DNA from: Candidatus Latescibacterota bacterium
GTDB taxonomy: Bacteria > Latescibacterota > UBA2968
Length of the DNA: 64,000 nucleotides
Direction of reading: 5' to 3'
Assembly: GCA_038279365.1 (NCBI GenBank)
Contig: JAYODI010000009.1
Location: forward strand, 27,928 to 91,927
The translations under genes and the position numbers were made by a program. The notes below the pieces were generated by a model. The model was given only the letters and a program-made list of their open reading frames with translations, had not been told where the DNA came from and ran no database searches. Numbering within the stretch: the stretch's first letter is position 1; every line of letters begins with the position of its first letter. Below are positions 19,164-29,471 of this stretch, in pieces.

Positions 19164-20818
19164 GGCACATCCTTACTTTCTGTTGGTAAAAACCACAACG
19201 GTTGAACACCAAACCGACGCGTATCACTCTGCCAACGTGCCCGCACCTCAACTGTATCAGATGCGCTAAAAAAAACCTCAGAAGCAACAAATGGCCACAC
19301 ACTTCCCGCATCCCAAAGCCCATTGTTATTGGCATCAACAAACCCCGATACCCGATACAAACCGGGCAAAACATTCTGAATCACAAATGTTGAATCATTC
19401 AAACCCACCAGTGCTTGATAAAACAAGGGCTCACCCTCAACCGACACCGCTTCAACCACTCTTTTTTTATTCAACGAGTCCACAATACCCGCAATGCGAC
19501 CAACCGCTTGGGTATCGATCACCGCAAAATCAAATACCACAGGCGTATCAAGTACATTGCCTGCCAAATCTTTAACAAGGCCACGTTTGCTTGTCAAACG
19601 TACCTGACCAATCGGCCACGAGTCGTTGGGTGTAAAAATCAAACGATTGGGGGCCAACCATTCAAAATGTCCTTCTGGCGAAAGCGTTGTATCTGAAACC
19701 TCCCAAAAAGGTGTTGCAATATCCGATGCCATGGCATCAGAAAAAATCATTTCCAATGGAGCATTGGGAAATATCTGAGTGGCCAACAGTTTCGGCTTGA
19801 TCGCCAATACCTCCGGCACACGCTTGTCGGCCGAGGCATCTCCCCGCACAGAGGTTTGCACCAAAGACCGATTGCCATATGGATCCGTCACAGCCAAACG
19901 GACATCATAGACCTGCCCACTTTTTTGCGTTTGTGTCACAATCCCCACACGGCTTGAATCCACGTCTTGGTATACCGACAAAACCTTCAATGCAGATACC
20001 GTAGGAGCCGTTTCTATGCGAACGGGCTCTTGGAATCGCATTAAAATGTGATTTTGATCGGACGTCCTCACCGCAGACAAAACAGGCCCAGAGGTATCGC
20101 GCACCACACCTTTTAAATCGCCCAATCGCACTGTTTTTTGCGCCGAATCAACCGTCACATCTTGTGGCGGAACAGCCAATGCGTCTATCCCCGATGTATA
20201 AGTTTGATTTTGATCTGCATCCAAAAAAACAAATACCCGGTAAACACCCACCCCCAAACCCGAAAATCGAAAATGCCCACCCGCATCTGGCTGAGTCACA
20301 TAATGTGCCAAATCGTTTGCCACATCGGGTTCTGGCACCACATCCAAATCATATAACCAAGCAAAAGCTTGACCGATCTGTTCTTTAGACCACACAACCC
20401 GCCCCCAAAGTTCCCCTTGATTCACCACATCTCCCGTTGAAAACCGAAACGTATGAGAAGCCAACATCCGATTGCGCCACTCATCAGAACTGGCCTGCCC
20501 CACAGTAATCACATACGTACGATCTGGCCTTAATCCACCTAAAAGCCGAATTTCTAACTCATGACCGCGCCAACGAAATTTAGGCACTTGAGCCGATTGA
20601 GGCGAAATGAAAATGGCCTCTTCCACCGATCTGCGATCCATATTTTCGGAAAATTGAATGCGAATAGCCGTCTCTATATCGACACCCACCGAATCATTTG
20701 CAGGATATGTTTGGATCACATAAGGTGCAATCATATCAGCAGGCCCACCAGGCGGTGCCATTTGTCGAGCACAACTTACAAACAAAACAAGCGCAGCCAA
20801 AATTGCGCCACGCTTCAT
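19160..20818 (-). CDS. Ig-like (Big_5) domain lipoprotein
   Basis: Lipobox FVSC then ARQMAPPGGPADMIAP; IQFSENMD and FRFSTG. ATG 20818 preferred over ORF start 20902. Confidence 0.82.
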   Translation of the reverse strand: MKRGAILAALVLFVSCARQMAPPGGPADMIAPYVIQTYPANDSVGVDIETAIRIQFSENMDRRSVEEAIFISPQSAQVPKFRWRGHELEIRLLGGLRPDRTYVITVGQASSDEWRNRMLASHTFRFSTGDVVNQGELWGRVVWSKEQIGQAFAWLYDLDVVPEPDVANDLAHYVTQPDAGGHFRFSGLGVGVYRVFVFLDADQNQTYTSGIDALAVPPQDVTVDSAQKTVRLGDLKGVVRDTSGPVLSAVRTSDQNHILMRFQEPVRIETAPTVSALKVLSVYQDVDSSRVGIVTQTQKSGQVYDVRLAVTDPYGNRSLVQTSVRGDASADKRVPEVLAIKPKLLATQIFPNAPLEMIFSDAMASDIATPFWEVSDTTLSPEGHFEWLAPNRLIFTPNDSWPIGQVRLTSKRGLVKDLAGNVLDTPVVFDFAVIDTQAVGRIAGIVDSLNKKRVVEAVSVEGEPLFYQALVGLNDSTFVIQNVLPGLYRVSGFVDANNNGLWDAGSVWPFVASEVFFSASDTVEVRARWQSDTRRFGVQPLWFLPTESKDVP

Positions 20819-20905
20819 CCACAAGCAAAAGCTTCTGCCACTTTGCCTCTGATTTTTCTCCACCCTTCTGTCCAATTCCTCCACAACCTCTTTATGATGC
20901 ACGTT

Positions 20906-21796
20906 TTAAGCCCTCGGATGTGCCTGACGATAAGCCTTTTTCAAACGCTCAACACTTACATGCGTATAAATTTGTGTCGTAGACAAACTGGCATGCCCCA
21001 ACAATTCCTTTACCGAATTCAAATCTGCACCAGCATCCAACATGTGTGTTGCAAACGTATGTCGCAACGTATGTGGTGACAGTTTACGCCCAGTTGCTGC
21101 CTCAATATGTCGTTCCACACGCCGTTGTACGCCACTTGGGCTAAGGGCCTTACCTTTGCGGCTCAAAAAAACATATCGCGCTTCAGCTGGGCTTAAGTGA
21201 TCACCAAACAGTTCTGCTCGTCGCGCCAAATATAGTTGCAATGCCCTTTGGGCCGGTTTGCCCATAGGCACCAACCGCTCCTTATCTCCTTTGCCCACCA
21301 CCCGCACCAAACCCGCATCCAAATCTACTGCACCCACAGTAAGCCCGGCCAACTCGCGCAAACGAATGCCCGTGCTGTAAAACAATTCCAAAATGGCCCG
21401 ATCCCTCACACCCAATATGGCATCAGGGCTTGGCGCCTCCATTGTCTGCTTGGCCTCATTCACATTCAAATGTACAGGCAAAGACTTTTCCTGCTTTGGA
21501 GGGCGCACCTGCAATGCTGCATTGCGCGACAAATGCCCCGTCTGACACAAATATCCCAAAAACGTGCGCAACGACGCCAATTTACGCGCAATAGAACGTC
21601 GGCCAAACCCTTGTGCATGCAAATAACCCAAAAAAGACCGCACACCATTGCGGTCTAAAGCATCCAAAGCCTGGTGTCTGTCATTCCAAAATATCTGAAA
21701 TTGCCCCAGGTCGGTTTCATACGCCAAACACGTATGCGCAGACAACCGACGCTCCCGAGACAAATGCCGTAAAAAATTTTGAATAAAATCTTGCAT
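20906..21796 (-). CDS. xerC: Tyrosine recombinase XerC
   Basis: Intact catalytic set (TGIRLRE, GKGDKER, HTLRHTFATH, LGH, TQIY); SAHT..AY..DL N-terminal domain; downstream of topA. Confidence 0.88.
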   Translation of the reverse strand: MQDFIQNFLRHLSRERRLSAHTCLAYETDLGQFQIFWNDRHQALDALDRNGVRSFLGYLHAQGFGRRSIARKLASLRTFLGYLCQTGHLSRNAALQVRPPKQEKSLPVHLNVNEAKQTMEAPSPDAILGVRDRAILELFYSTGIRLRELAGLTVGAVDLDAGLVRVVGKGDKERLVPMGKPAQRALQLYLARRAELFGDHLSPAEARYVFLSRKGKALSPSGVQRRVERHIEAATGRKLSPHTLRHTFATHMLDAGADLNSVKELLGHASLSTTQIYTHVSVERLKKAYRQAHPRA

Positions 21797-21880
21797 AAAA
21801 AATACAAAACCTTTCACCAGCAACAACCAAATATGTGTTCGCTTTCAAGCAAAGACGGCCTTGTTTTTCGCCTTTGCCTC

Positions 21881-21915
21881 AAGCTGACAACTGATCGCTA
21901 ATTGCTGACCGCTAC
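21881..21915. repeat. Degenerate single-arm 7-nt tandem array
   Basis: aagctga caactga tcgctaa ttgctga ccgctac immediately after the topA stop. Confidence 0.5.
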
Positions 21916-21916
21916 C

Positions 21917-24337
21917 TCACTTCTTATTCGTTGCCGGATTTTCCTTCATGATCTTTTCACAGGTGGCCTTGTCCAATGCCGATGCTTCAACATCTGGCGG
22001 AATTTTATAATTTTTGCCATCGTGTTTGATATAAGGACCATACCGCCCCGCAATCACCTGAATCCCATCAAAGTCGTGAATCACATGCTGGCGTCTGCGA
22101 CCGCCCCCCCCTTCGGTCATAAACTTTTCAAGCGTTTCTCGATCCAGTGTTGCAGGATCTAATCCTTTGGGAATATTAAAATTTTGGCTTCCTTTTTTAA
22201 TGTATGGGCCATAACGACCATTGAGTACTTGAAATTCGCCAAAATCTTGAATCACGCTTTGCCGTTTGCGTTCCCGTTCGGTCTCGGCAATTTCAAGGGC
22301 GCGTGCTAAGCTCACATCAAAAGGATCTTCGCCTTCAGGAATAGAGAAAAAGTCACCATCAATTTGCACATAGGGGCCATATTTGCCCACATTGACCAGC
22401 ACATCCTCACCTTTATCTGTTTGGCCAACAGTGCGTGGCAATTCAAAAAAGGTAAGGGCATCTTCTAACGTAATTTCAAACATGCTTCTTGTGGGAGGGA
22501 TAGAAGCAAACAATGGTTTCTCTTCTTCTTCTGCCACCCCTACTTGCACATAAGAACCATATTTGCCCACCCGTACACTCACCTCACGCCCCGTGTCGGG
22601 GTCAATGCCCAATTTGCGCGAACTGCGATCTACTTCGCCCTTTTCTTCTACCAAGTTTTTAAAAGGCAGGTAGAATTCTTTGATCATATCTTTCCAGGCA
22701 TTTTTCCCTTGGGCAATCTCATCAAAATCATCTTCAATATGCGATGTAAAACCCAAATCAACAATGTTTGGAAAATGTTGAACCAAAAAGTCATTCACAA
22801 TTTCACCCATATCAGTGGGTTGCAGCCGCTTGTCTTTGTTGCCTTCTACATACCCCCGACTTTGAATGGTTGAAATCGTGGGCGCATATGTAGACGGTCT
22901 GCCAATACCTTCACTTTCTAACTTTTTAACCAAAGAAGCTTCCGTATAACGCGCAGGAGGCTTGGTAAACAACTGTTCCAAATTGAGTTTTTCCAAATTG
23001 AGTATCTGCCCCTTGTCTACCTTGGGCAAAATCACATCCTTATCACTAATCTCAGCCTCTGGGTCATCAGAGCCTTCGGTATACGCTTTTAAAAAGCCAG
23101 GGAACAAAATGCGCTGGCCTTTAGACTCAAATTGGTACTCACCTTTTTCACCTGCCAGAATCTTTAATGTGGTATAGGCAATGCGAGCCTCTGCCATTTG
23201 CGTAGCCACCGTGCGCTTCCAAATCAAATCGTAAAGCCGAAATTGTTGGTTGTCCAAATGCGCCTTCACATCGCTGGGCTTCATCGACAAATCGGCAGGC
23301 CGAATGGCTTCGTGGGCTTCTTGCGCCCCTTTTGTTCGGTTCGAAAATTGCCGCGGTTTTTCTTCCACATATTCTGCCCCAAATTCTTGTGCAATCACCT
23401 CGCGTGCTTGATGAACCGCCTGTTCAGCCAAATTGACAGAGTCTGTACGCATATACGTAATCAAACCACCTGTATATCCGGGTATTTCAAAATTGCCTTC
23501 ATAGAGTTGTTGCGCCACACGCATCGTTTGAGAAACAGAAAAACTCAATTTTCGAGAGGCTTCTTGTTGCAATGTAGAAGTCGTAAAAGGTGCAACGGGT
23601 TTACGTGTGCCCTCACGCTCGGCCACATCGTCAACCAGCCATTGTCCTTTTAATGCACTGGCCTCAATGGCCTTGGCTTCTGCTTCATTGTGTACTTGTG
23701 CTTTTTTGCCATCGATACGCGCCAATTCGGCCTGAAAAGACGGGTCAGAAAAATCAGATTTAATTTTCCAATATTCTTCGGGTTTAAATGCCCGAATCTC
23801 ACGCTCACGATCTACAATAATGCGCACTGCCACACTTTGCACCCGCCCTGCCGATAACCCGCCTTTCACCTTTTTCCACAACAACGGAGACAACTGATAC
23901 CCCACCGCACGATCCAAAATGCGTCGTGCTTGCTGCGCATCAACCAAGTTTTGATCCAATTCGCGTGGATTATCCAAAGCATGCAAAATCGCAGGTTTGG
24001 TAATTTCATGAAAAACAATGCGTTTAATAGGTTGCTTTTTTACCCCCAACGCATGAATCAGATGCCAAGAAATGGCCTCCCCCTCGCGGTCTTCATCTGT
24101 TGCCAAATAAATAGTCGTATCTTTTTTAATACTCTTTTTAAGATTTTGGATCACCTTGCGCTTATCTTGCGACACTTCGTATTTCGGATCAAAATTATCG
24201 GTATCAAACCCAAGTTCACGCGAAGGCAGATCACGCACATGTCCCATCGAAGCTTCCACCTGATAATCTTTGCCCACAAATTTAGAAATTGTGCGCGCTT
24301 TTGCAGGTGACTCAACGATGATCAAATTCTTTGCCAT
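21917..24337 (-). CDS. topA: DNA topoisomerase I with C-terminal Topo_C-type repeats
   Basis: IVESPAKA, ATDEDREGE, SAGRVQS, LITYMRTDS, GIGRPSTY; four G(K/R)YG.Y repeats and no Zn ribbons. ATG 24337 after AAGGA. Confidence 0.97.
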   Translation of the reverse strand: MAKNLIIVESPAKARTISKFVGKDYQVEASMGHVRDLPSRELGFDTDNFDPKYEVSQDKRKVIQNLKKSIKKDTTIYLATDEDREGEAISWHLIHALGVKKQPIKRIVFHEITKPAILHALDNPRELDQNLVDAQQARRILDRAVGYQLSPLLWKKVKGGLSAGRVQSVAVRIIVDREREIRAFKPEEYWKIKSDFSDPSFQAELARIDGKKAQVHNEAEAKAIEASALKGQWLVDDVAEREGTRKPVAPFTTSTLQQEASRKLSFSVSQTMRVAQQLYEGNFEIPGYTGGLITYMRTDSVNLAEQAVHQAREVIAQEFGAEYVEEKPRQFSNRTKGAQEAHEAIRPADLSMKPSDVKAHLDNQQFRLYDLIWKRTVATQMAEARIAYTTLKILAGEKGEYQFESKGQRILFPGFLKAYTEGSDDPEAEISDKDVILPKVDKGQILNLEKLNLEQLFTKPPARYTEASLVKKLESEGIGRPSTYAPTISTIQSRGYVEGNKDKRLQPTDMGEIVNDFLVQHFPNIVDLGFTSHIEDDFDEIAQGKNAWKDMIKEFYLPFKNLVEEKGEVDRSSRKLGIDPDTGREVSVRVGKYGSYVQVGVAEEEEKPLFASIPPTRSMFEITLEDALTFFELPRTVGQTDKGEDVLVNVGKYGPYVQIDGDFFSIPEGEDPFDVSLARALEIAETERERKRQSVIQDFGEFQVLNGRYGPYIKKGSQNFNIPKGLDPATLDRETLEKFMTEGGGGRRRQHVIHDFDGIQVIAGRYGPYIKHDGKNYKIPPDVEASALDKATCEKIMKENPATNKK

Positions 24338-24509
24338 CAAAACCATCCTTATGCATACAATATTGCCACAATAAAGAAGCCACGTACGCGTTTTTCCGAC
24401 GTGGCTCAAACCATTTCATGTCCATCAATCAAAACAATAAAAAAAGCAAAACCAACCGAATGAACCAACCCAATATTCAAATAGACAAACCATTTTTAAC
24501 GCTGTTTCA

Positions 24510-24538
24510 AAAATACGTGCACTCTTCTCAAAAGTCAA
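24510..24538 (-). promoter_or_regulatory. sigma70-type promoter for topA
   Basis: TTGACT-N17-TATTTT on the minus strand. Confidence 0.55.
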
Positions 24539-24583
24539 GGGCACCCAAAACAAACCACATCAACCCACTGTTTTAAAATACAC

Positions 24584-26656
24584 TTACCCACTTTCTTGGC
24601 GACTACTTCGCGTTGTTTTTGCAATCCACATTTCTAAAAACATCAAAAACAAAGCCCCTCCCAAAACCAACCGCCAAAACTCTTGCCCATGGCGCAATGG
24701 CATAACCACGTCTTTCATTTGTCGATCTGCCATCACCACAGACAATCGCGCATCTTGAAAAACAGTTTGTAGTTTGGCATCTGAAATACGGGTTAAATCG
24801 GAGGCACTTGGATCCAATTGTACCGCAAACACATCTGCCAACCGTTCTTTTGCATAAATTTCCCACAAACCTGGCCGATGAACCACCCCCACAGGCCACA
24901 CCACCTGCACACCACGCTGTTGTGGCCAAATCGTCTGGGCATCTTGTCCTGGAGGTCGCAACACACCTTCACGTGCCATAGCCGACGGATCATGCGCCCG
25001 CGATACCACAGATCCAACCACATAATCGGCTTGTCTGACAGCCCCGCTCACCAAATATCCCGTCAAATTATACACAAACGGCAAGAAAAACCCCGTCACA
25101 GGCATATCATTCCAAGACAGGGTCGAACCCCACTCAGAAACAAACAAAGCAACACGCCCCTGCCCCAATGCCCCCTCAAGCAAAACCGGCGTACCATTGG
25201 TAAAAGACAAAACAGTTTGAGTCTCAGCTTCTGGTCGCACCACATAATGCACATAAAAACGGGGGCTGCGAAATGTGCCTTCCAAGGCAATGTGAGACAA
25301 CATCGGATGATTGGGCAATTCCAAAGGAAATGCCTGATAGGCCGTGGTCACACCTGGTTGACCACGTACAGCAATTAATGTGGCAGGCAACAAAGCAGGT
25401 AAAATCCGTTCATTGTAATGCCGCATATCTGTCTGCTCACCCAACACAATTGCCAACCCTGCACCAGAAGCAATATGCTTTTTTAAACGTTCAATAACAC
25501 CAAGAGACAAATGAGATACTTGGCATAAATAAACCACATCTGTATCGGACAATACCGCATCTGTCACTTGGTCAGGTGATGCTACCTGTACTGCAAATGA
25601 AGCAGCTTGAAGAGCTTGCATTAAAAAATAGGTGTCCTGATGGGTCTCTCCAATCAATAAAACACGCAATTGTTCGGGCACGTGTACAACCGAAATACGG
25701 GTGTTGTCGGCAACCAAATCATCATCACCAATTTCCACACGCAAAGCACGTGCCCCATCCGACTCTGGCGTAAATTGTGCATAGATTTTTTCGCGCCCCC
25801 CTGCAGGGATGTGTGCAACTTGCTGAATAATACGTCGATCATCCCAAAACGCCTGTACGGGCACATCTCCGCGAGGGGCCTCACCATAGTTGGTCAGCTC
25901 AATTTCCAATGTAACGGGCTGCCCCACACGCAACAAACCACCTACCGTTTTAACCTGAGTAACACCCACATTTTGCACCACGTTGGGGCGCACCGGCACC
26001 ACAAACACAGACACCCCATTCCAAGCCAAGGTATCTGCAACACGCGCCCACCCCAAACGCGACAAATCTGAAACAATATACAGTTCGCGATTGGGCATTT
26101 TTGAGGCTTGTAAATGTGCCATAGCAGCCTGCAAACCAGGCAACATATCTGTGGCCTCAAACTGAGGTTCCCAACTGTCCATTCGCGCCAACAAATTGGC
26201 CAATGACGAACCGCCACTGGGTATCACATCGTTATCAACAAACATAACTTGTACATCGTCTTGCGCCTGAAACAACGACAAAATTTCACGAACACGCAGC
26301 TTACCGCGTTCAAACAAAGACCCTTCTGATGTGCGATATTGCATACTCAAAGATCGGTCTAATAAAATGACGGCAGAAGTTCCCGCATCTCCTGCGCCCG
26401 ATGAAGCACCCGTTAAAGTCGGACGCGCAAAAGCAAGCACCAGCAACACAATGAGCAATGTTCTCAATATCAATAGCAAAATCTGCTTGAGTTTTACCCG
26501 TCGCATACGATCATGCTGCAAGGCTTGTAACAAAGCCACATTGCTAAAAGGCAACGTAACAGATCGCCGTCGATTCAACAAATGAATCACCAACGGCAAC
26601 AGTGCTGCCCACAAACCATAGAGCATGGTCGGATTTGCGAAAGAAAGTCCAAACAT
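24584..26656 (-). CDS. BatA-domain / VWA membrane protein
   Basis: LPLVIHLLNRRR...LLILR..LAFARP; MIDAS DRSLSM, T, VSD; C-terminal TM helix ending LEMWI. Confidence 0.88.
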   Translation of the reverse strand: MFGLSFANPTMLYGLWAALLPLVIHLLNRRRSVTLPFSNVALLQALQHDRMRRVKLKQILLLILRTLLIVLLVLAFARPTLTGASSGAGDAGTSAVILLDRSLSMQYRTSEGSLFERGKLRVREILSLFQAQDDVQVMFVDNDVIPSGGSSLANLLARMDSWEPQFEATDMLPGLQAAMAHLQASKMPNRELYIVSDLSRLGWARVADTLAWNGVSVFVVPVRPNVVQNVGVTQVKTVGGLLRVGQPVTLEIELTNYGEAPRGDVPVQAFWDDRRIIQQVAHIPAGGREKIYAQFTPESDGARALRVEIGDDDLVADNTRISVVHVPEQLRVLLIGETHQDTYFLMQALQAASFAVQVASPDQVTDAVLSDTDVVYLCQVSHLSLGVIERLKKHIASGAGLAIVLGEQTDMRHYNERILPALLPATLIAVRGQPGVTTAYQAFPLELPNHPMLSHIALEGTFRSPRFYVHYVVRPEAETQTVLSFTNGTPVLLEGALGQGRVALFVSEWGSTLSWNDMPVTGFFLPFVYNLTGYLVSGAVRQADYVVGSVVSRAHDPSAMAREGVLRPPGQDAQTIWPQQRGVQVVWPVGVVHRPGLWEIYAKERLADVFAVQLDPSASDLTRISDAKLQTVFQDARLSVVMADRQMKDVVMPLRHGQEFWRLVLGGALFLMFLEMWIAKTTRSSRQESG

Positions 26657-26738
26657 AAATCAAATATTGGGAAAATAGACAGATAGATGACCAAATATCA
26701 TAGCCTATAAACGCATAAGCCATCCATTCGTTCACCAC

Positions 26739-26772
26739 AAAAAAAAACCTGCTTCATGCAATAAGCAGGTTT
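26739..26772 (-). terminator. Intrinsic terminator
   Basis: aaacctgctt/aagcaggttt stem with a long A-run on the left. Confidence 0.8.
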
Positions 26773-26796
26773 CAGAAGCCAATCCATTACACAACC

Positions 26797-27258
26797 TCAA
26801 TACTTCTTTTCTTCTTCCTCAATAATAGCAATGGCATCATCTTTGTCAACTGCCGCAATTAATTTCTGGCGAAAATCTTCACCCTTTAACAAACGAGAAA
26901 TGCGCGCCAAGGCCTTAATATGAGGCCCCGAGACATCCAATGGTGAAACCAACAAAAAAAAGATATAGGTGGGCTTACCATCCAAAGCATCAAAATCAAC
27001 CCCATCTTTTTTGATACCCAAAACCCCACCTAACTCAGTCACATACTCAGACTTACCATGTGGAATGGCAATGCCATGTCCAATGCCAGTGCTCATTATT
27101 TCTTCACGCAACAACACAGCATCAAGCACCTTGTCACGGTCAGTAATCTTATCACCAACCTCAAGTGAATTGACAAGCTCTATTAAAACATCGCGCTTGT
27201 TTTGCCCTTCCAGGCCCACAACCACCGATTTACCCGACAAAATCTCCATCAACGTCAT
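26797..27258 (-). CDS. PTS IIA component (PtsN/fructose-type)
   Basis: REEIMSTGIGHGIAIPHGK with phospho-His; FDALDGKP, HIKALARIS. Confidence 0.92.
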   Translation of the reverse strand: MTLMEILSGKSVVVGLEGQNKRDVLIELVNSLEVGDKITDRDKVLDAVLLREEIMSTGIGHGIAIPHGKSEYVTELGGVLGIKKDGVDFDALDGKPTYIFFLLVSPLDVSGPHIKALARISRLLKGEDFRQKLIAAVDKDDAIAIIEEEEKKY

Positions 27259-27329
27259 GGAAAGCCTCCAAAACCAGCACCTACTTTACACCCCAGAATA
27301 GGGTCGACATGATAAATCATTGAGGCGCA

Positions 27330-27358
27330 AAAATAAAAGTCGTATCTGTGCAAGTCAA
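27330..27358 (-). promoter_or_regulatory. sigma70-type promoter for the PTS IIA gene
   Basis: TTGACT-N17-TATTTT, the same hexamers as upstream of topA. Confidence 0.55.
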
Positions 27359-27508
27359 GCAAAAAGCAATATTACCCTGAACCGTTTCAATTGTAGGCCT
27401 GAGTGTAACAAAAGTCAAAACATTCTCACACCAAGTCATTTCAAACAGCGTAAAGATTCTTAAGTATCACCCCACCTCCAAAGCCCATCCATCGTATATC
27501 TTTTCTGA

Positions 27509-29311
27509 TCAACTCGTTTCGCGCTCCCGCAACAACAACTCCCGCTCATAACTGCGCATAAGGTCCGAACGGGTAATGACACCAACCAAATACACATCAG
27601 CTGGATCCCGAAATACAGGCAATGTATCCGCATCCGACATCGTAAAATGAACCAAGGCATCTGCAAGCGAACTGCGCGGAAACAATTGAGGCGGTGGATC
27701 ACCCAACACATCTTCGGCAATCAGCAAAGCATACATATCATTTTCAAGCATCACTTCGCGAATGTCTCGAAACCAAATCATCCCCAAAAACTGACCATTT
27801 CGATTAATCACTGGAAAATCGTGCAAACTGCCATGTTGAATTAAACTGACCATTTCGCCCAAAGGCGTATGCTCACGCACAAAATCATAATCGGTTCGCA
27901 TAATCTTTGAAATGGGGATTTGCTCCAACACCGATAAATCGCGCCCGTGGTGCAAACGCACACCTTGGCGAGCCAGTTTGAGTGAATAAATCGACTCGCG
28001 CTCAATGCTGCGTGCCACTACCACAGACAAAATGGTCGTAAACATCAATGGCAATATAATGTGATAATTGCCCGTCATCTCAAAAATGATCAGTGTTGCC
28101 GTAAGCGGGGCATGCGTGGTACCTGCCACAAAAGCCCCCATACCCACCAATGCAAATGCCCCAGGAGGACTCACAACACCAGGCAAATAATTTTGGGCAA
28201 ACAACCCAAACACCTCTCCCAAAACCGCACCAATAAATAACGAAGGTGCAAAAAAACCACCCGAACCACCCGAACCAAGCGTTAATGAAGCCGTTACAAT
28301 TTTAAGCAACAAAAAGACAAGGGCAATTTCAACCACCAATTCACCGTGCAATGCCTTACCGATGGTCTGATATCCCACACCCATCACTTCTGGAAAGGCA
28401 ATGCCAATGATACCCACAAGCCCCCCACCCAATGCCGGCTTGGCCCAAAAAGGCACAGCCATAAAACGATGCTCAAAAAAGTGGTCAACCCCATATAAAA
28501 ATCGTATAAAAGCAACCCCCACCCCACCAGCCAATGCCGCCAACACCAAATACCACCCCAATTCGGTGCCATTGACAAAAAGATATTCGGGTACAGTAAA
28601 AACGGCCTGGTCTCCCCAATAAGCATGGGCCACCACCGCCGAAATCACTGCCGAAACCACCACAGGAGCAAAAGCAGAGATCGTAAAATCACCTAAGATG
28701 ACCTCTAATGCAAACAAAACACCTGCAATGGGTGCATTAAAAATAGCCGCAATACCAGCCGATGCGCCACAGGCAATCAGCGTTTTTAAATTCGACTCTG
28801 AAAACTTAAAAATTTGCCCCACACCCGACCCAAGCGCGGCCCCAATTTGCACAATAGGGCCTTCACTTCCACCGGACCCACCCGTGCCCAATGTAATACC
28901 AGATGCCAAAGCTTTTGCCCACATCACCCGAGGCCGAATAATTCCCCGGCGAGTTACGATGGCATTAATCACCTCCGACACACCCGCACCACGCACCTCG
29001 CGGGCATAAAAAACAGCCATTAAACCAGCAAACAGGCCCCCTAAAGCAGGCAATATAGGCAATAAAAAAACCGATCCAATCCAACCTCTAACTTGACTGA
29101 CAAACACCTCTTGCGTTAATTCCAAGAACCCAAGAAACAAAATAGAACTAACACCAACCCCCACCCCAATCACCATAGCCAAAGCAATAAGAAAATGTTG
29201 TTCCGAAAGATTTAACTTCAAACAAATCTGAAGAAGCAGTAGCTTTAGCCGAGCAAAACCACTTAATGGGTTCGTTTTTGAAGGCCCAATATCAACAGAC
29301 ACCCTATCCAT
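27509..29311 (-). CDS. ClC chloride channel/transporter with CBS pair
   Basis: GAGVSE, GSEGP, FNAPIAG, GGFFAPSL, EMTGNY, SIY; C-terminal CBS domains. Confidence 0.93.
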   Translation of the reverse strand: MDRVSVDIGPSKTNPLSGFARLKLLLLQICLKLNLSEQHFLIALAMVIGVGVGVSSILFLGFLELTQEVFVSQVRGWIGSVFLLPILPALGGLFAGLMAVFYAREVRGAGVSEVINAIVTRRGIIRPRVMWAKALASGITLGTGGSGGSEGPIVQIGAALGSGVGQIFKFSESNLKTLIACGASAGIAAIFNAPIAGVLFALEVILGDFTISAFAPVVVSAVISAVVAHAYWGDQAVFTVPEYLFVNGTELGWYLVLAALAGGVGVAFIRFLYGVDHFFEHRFMAVPFWAKPALGGGLVGIIGIAFPEVMGVGYQTIGKALHGELVVEIALVFLLLKIVTASLTLGSGGSGGFFAPSLFIGAVLGEVFGLFAQNYLPGVVSPPGAFALVGMGAFVAGTTHAPLTATLIIFEMTGNYHIILPLMFTTILSVVVARSIERESIYSLKLARQGVRLHHGRDLSVLEQIPISKIMRTDYDFVREHTPLGEMVSLIQHGSLHDFPVINRNGQFLGMIWFRDIREVMLENDMYALLIAEDVLGDPPPQLFPRSSLADALVHFTMSDADTLPVFRDPADVYLVGVITRSDLMRSYERELLLRERETS

Positions 29312-29349
29312 CCTTTAAAATTATGTTCAATCTACACACTGCCAATTTT

Positions 29350-29378
29350 ATAATATCCGTTGCTTGAATACCTGTCAA
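29350..29378 (-). promoter_or_regulatory. sigma70-type promoter for the ClC gene
   Basis: TTGACA-N17-TATTAT. Confidence 0.7.
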
Positions 29379-29471
29379 GAAAGAAAGCTGAAACACCCAA
29401 CCCAATGTAGCGTTTAAACTTATAGAAAAACCTTATTTTGCCTTTGATCCTCTCATCTGGAGAATATTTGC

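Noticed and set aside
20906-21796. Prophage or island integrase
   Set aside because: Size, motifs and position after topA fit housekeeping XerC; no phage genes or att repeats seen.
21917-22620. C-terminal repeats of TopA as a novelty
   Set aside because: Known Topo_C-type repeats that replace zinc ribbons in many phyla.
26670-26732. Possible remnant of the 8-mer element (aatagacagatag...ccattcgt)
   Set aside because: Only one good unit; too degenerate to support.
29321-29331. Second dif-like arm ttatgttcaat
   Set aside because: One mismatch, no XerC-like arm, and it lies in the ClC leader; likely chance.
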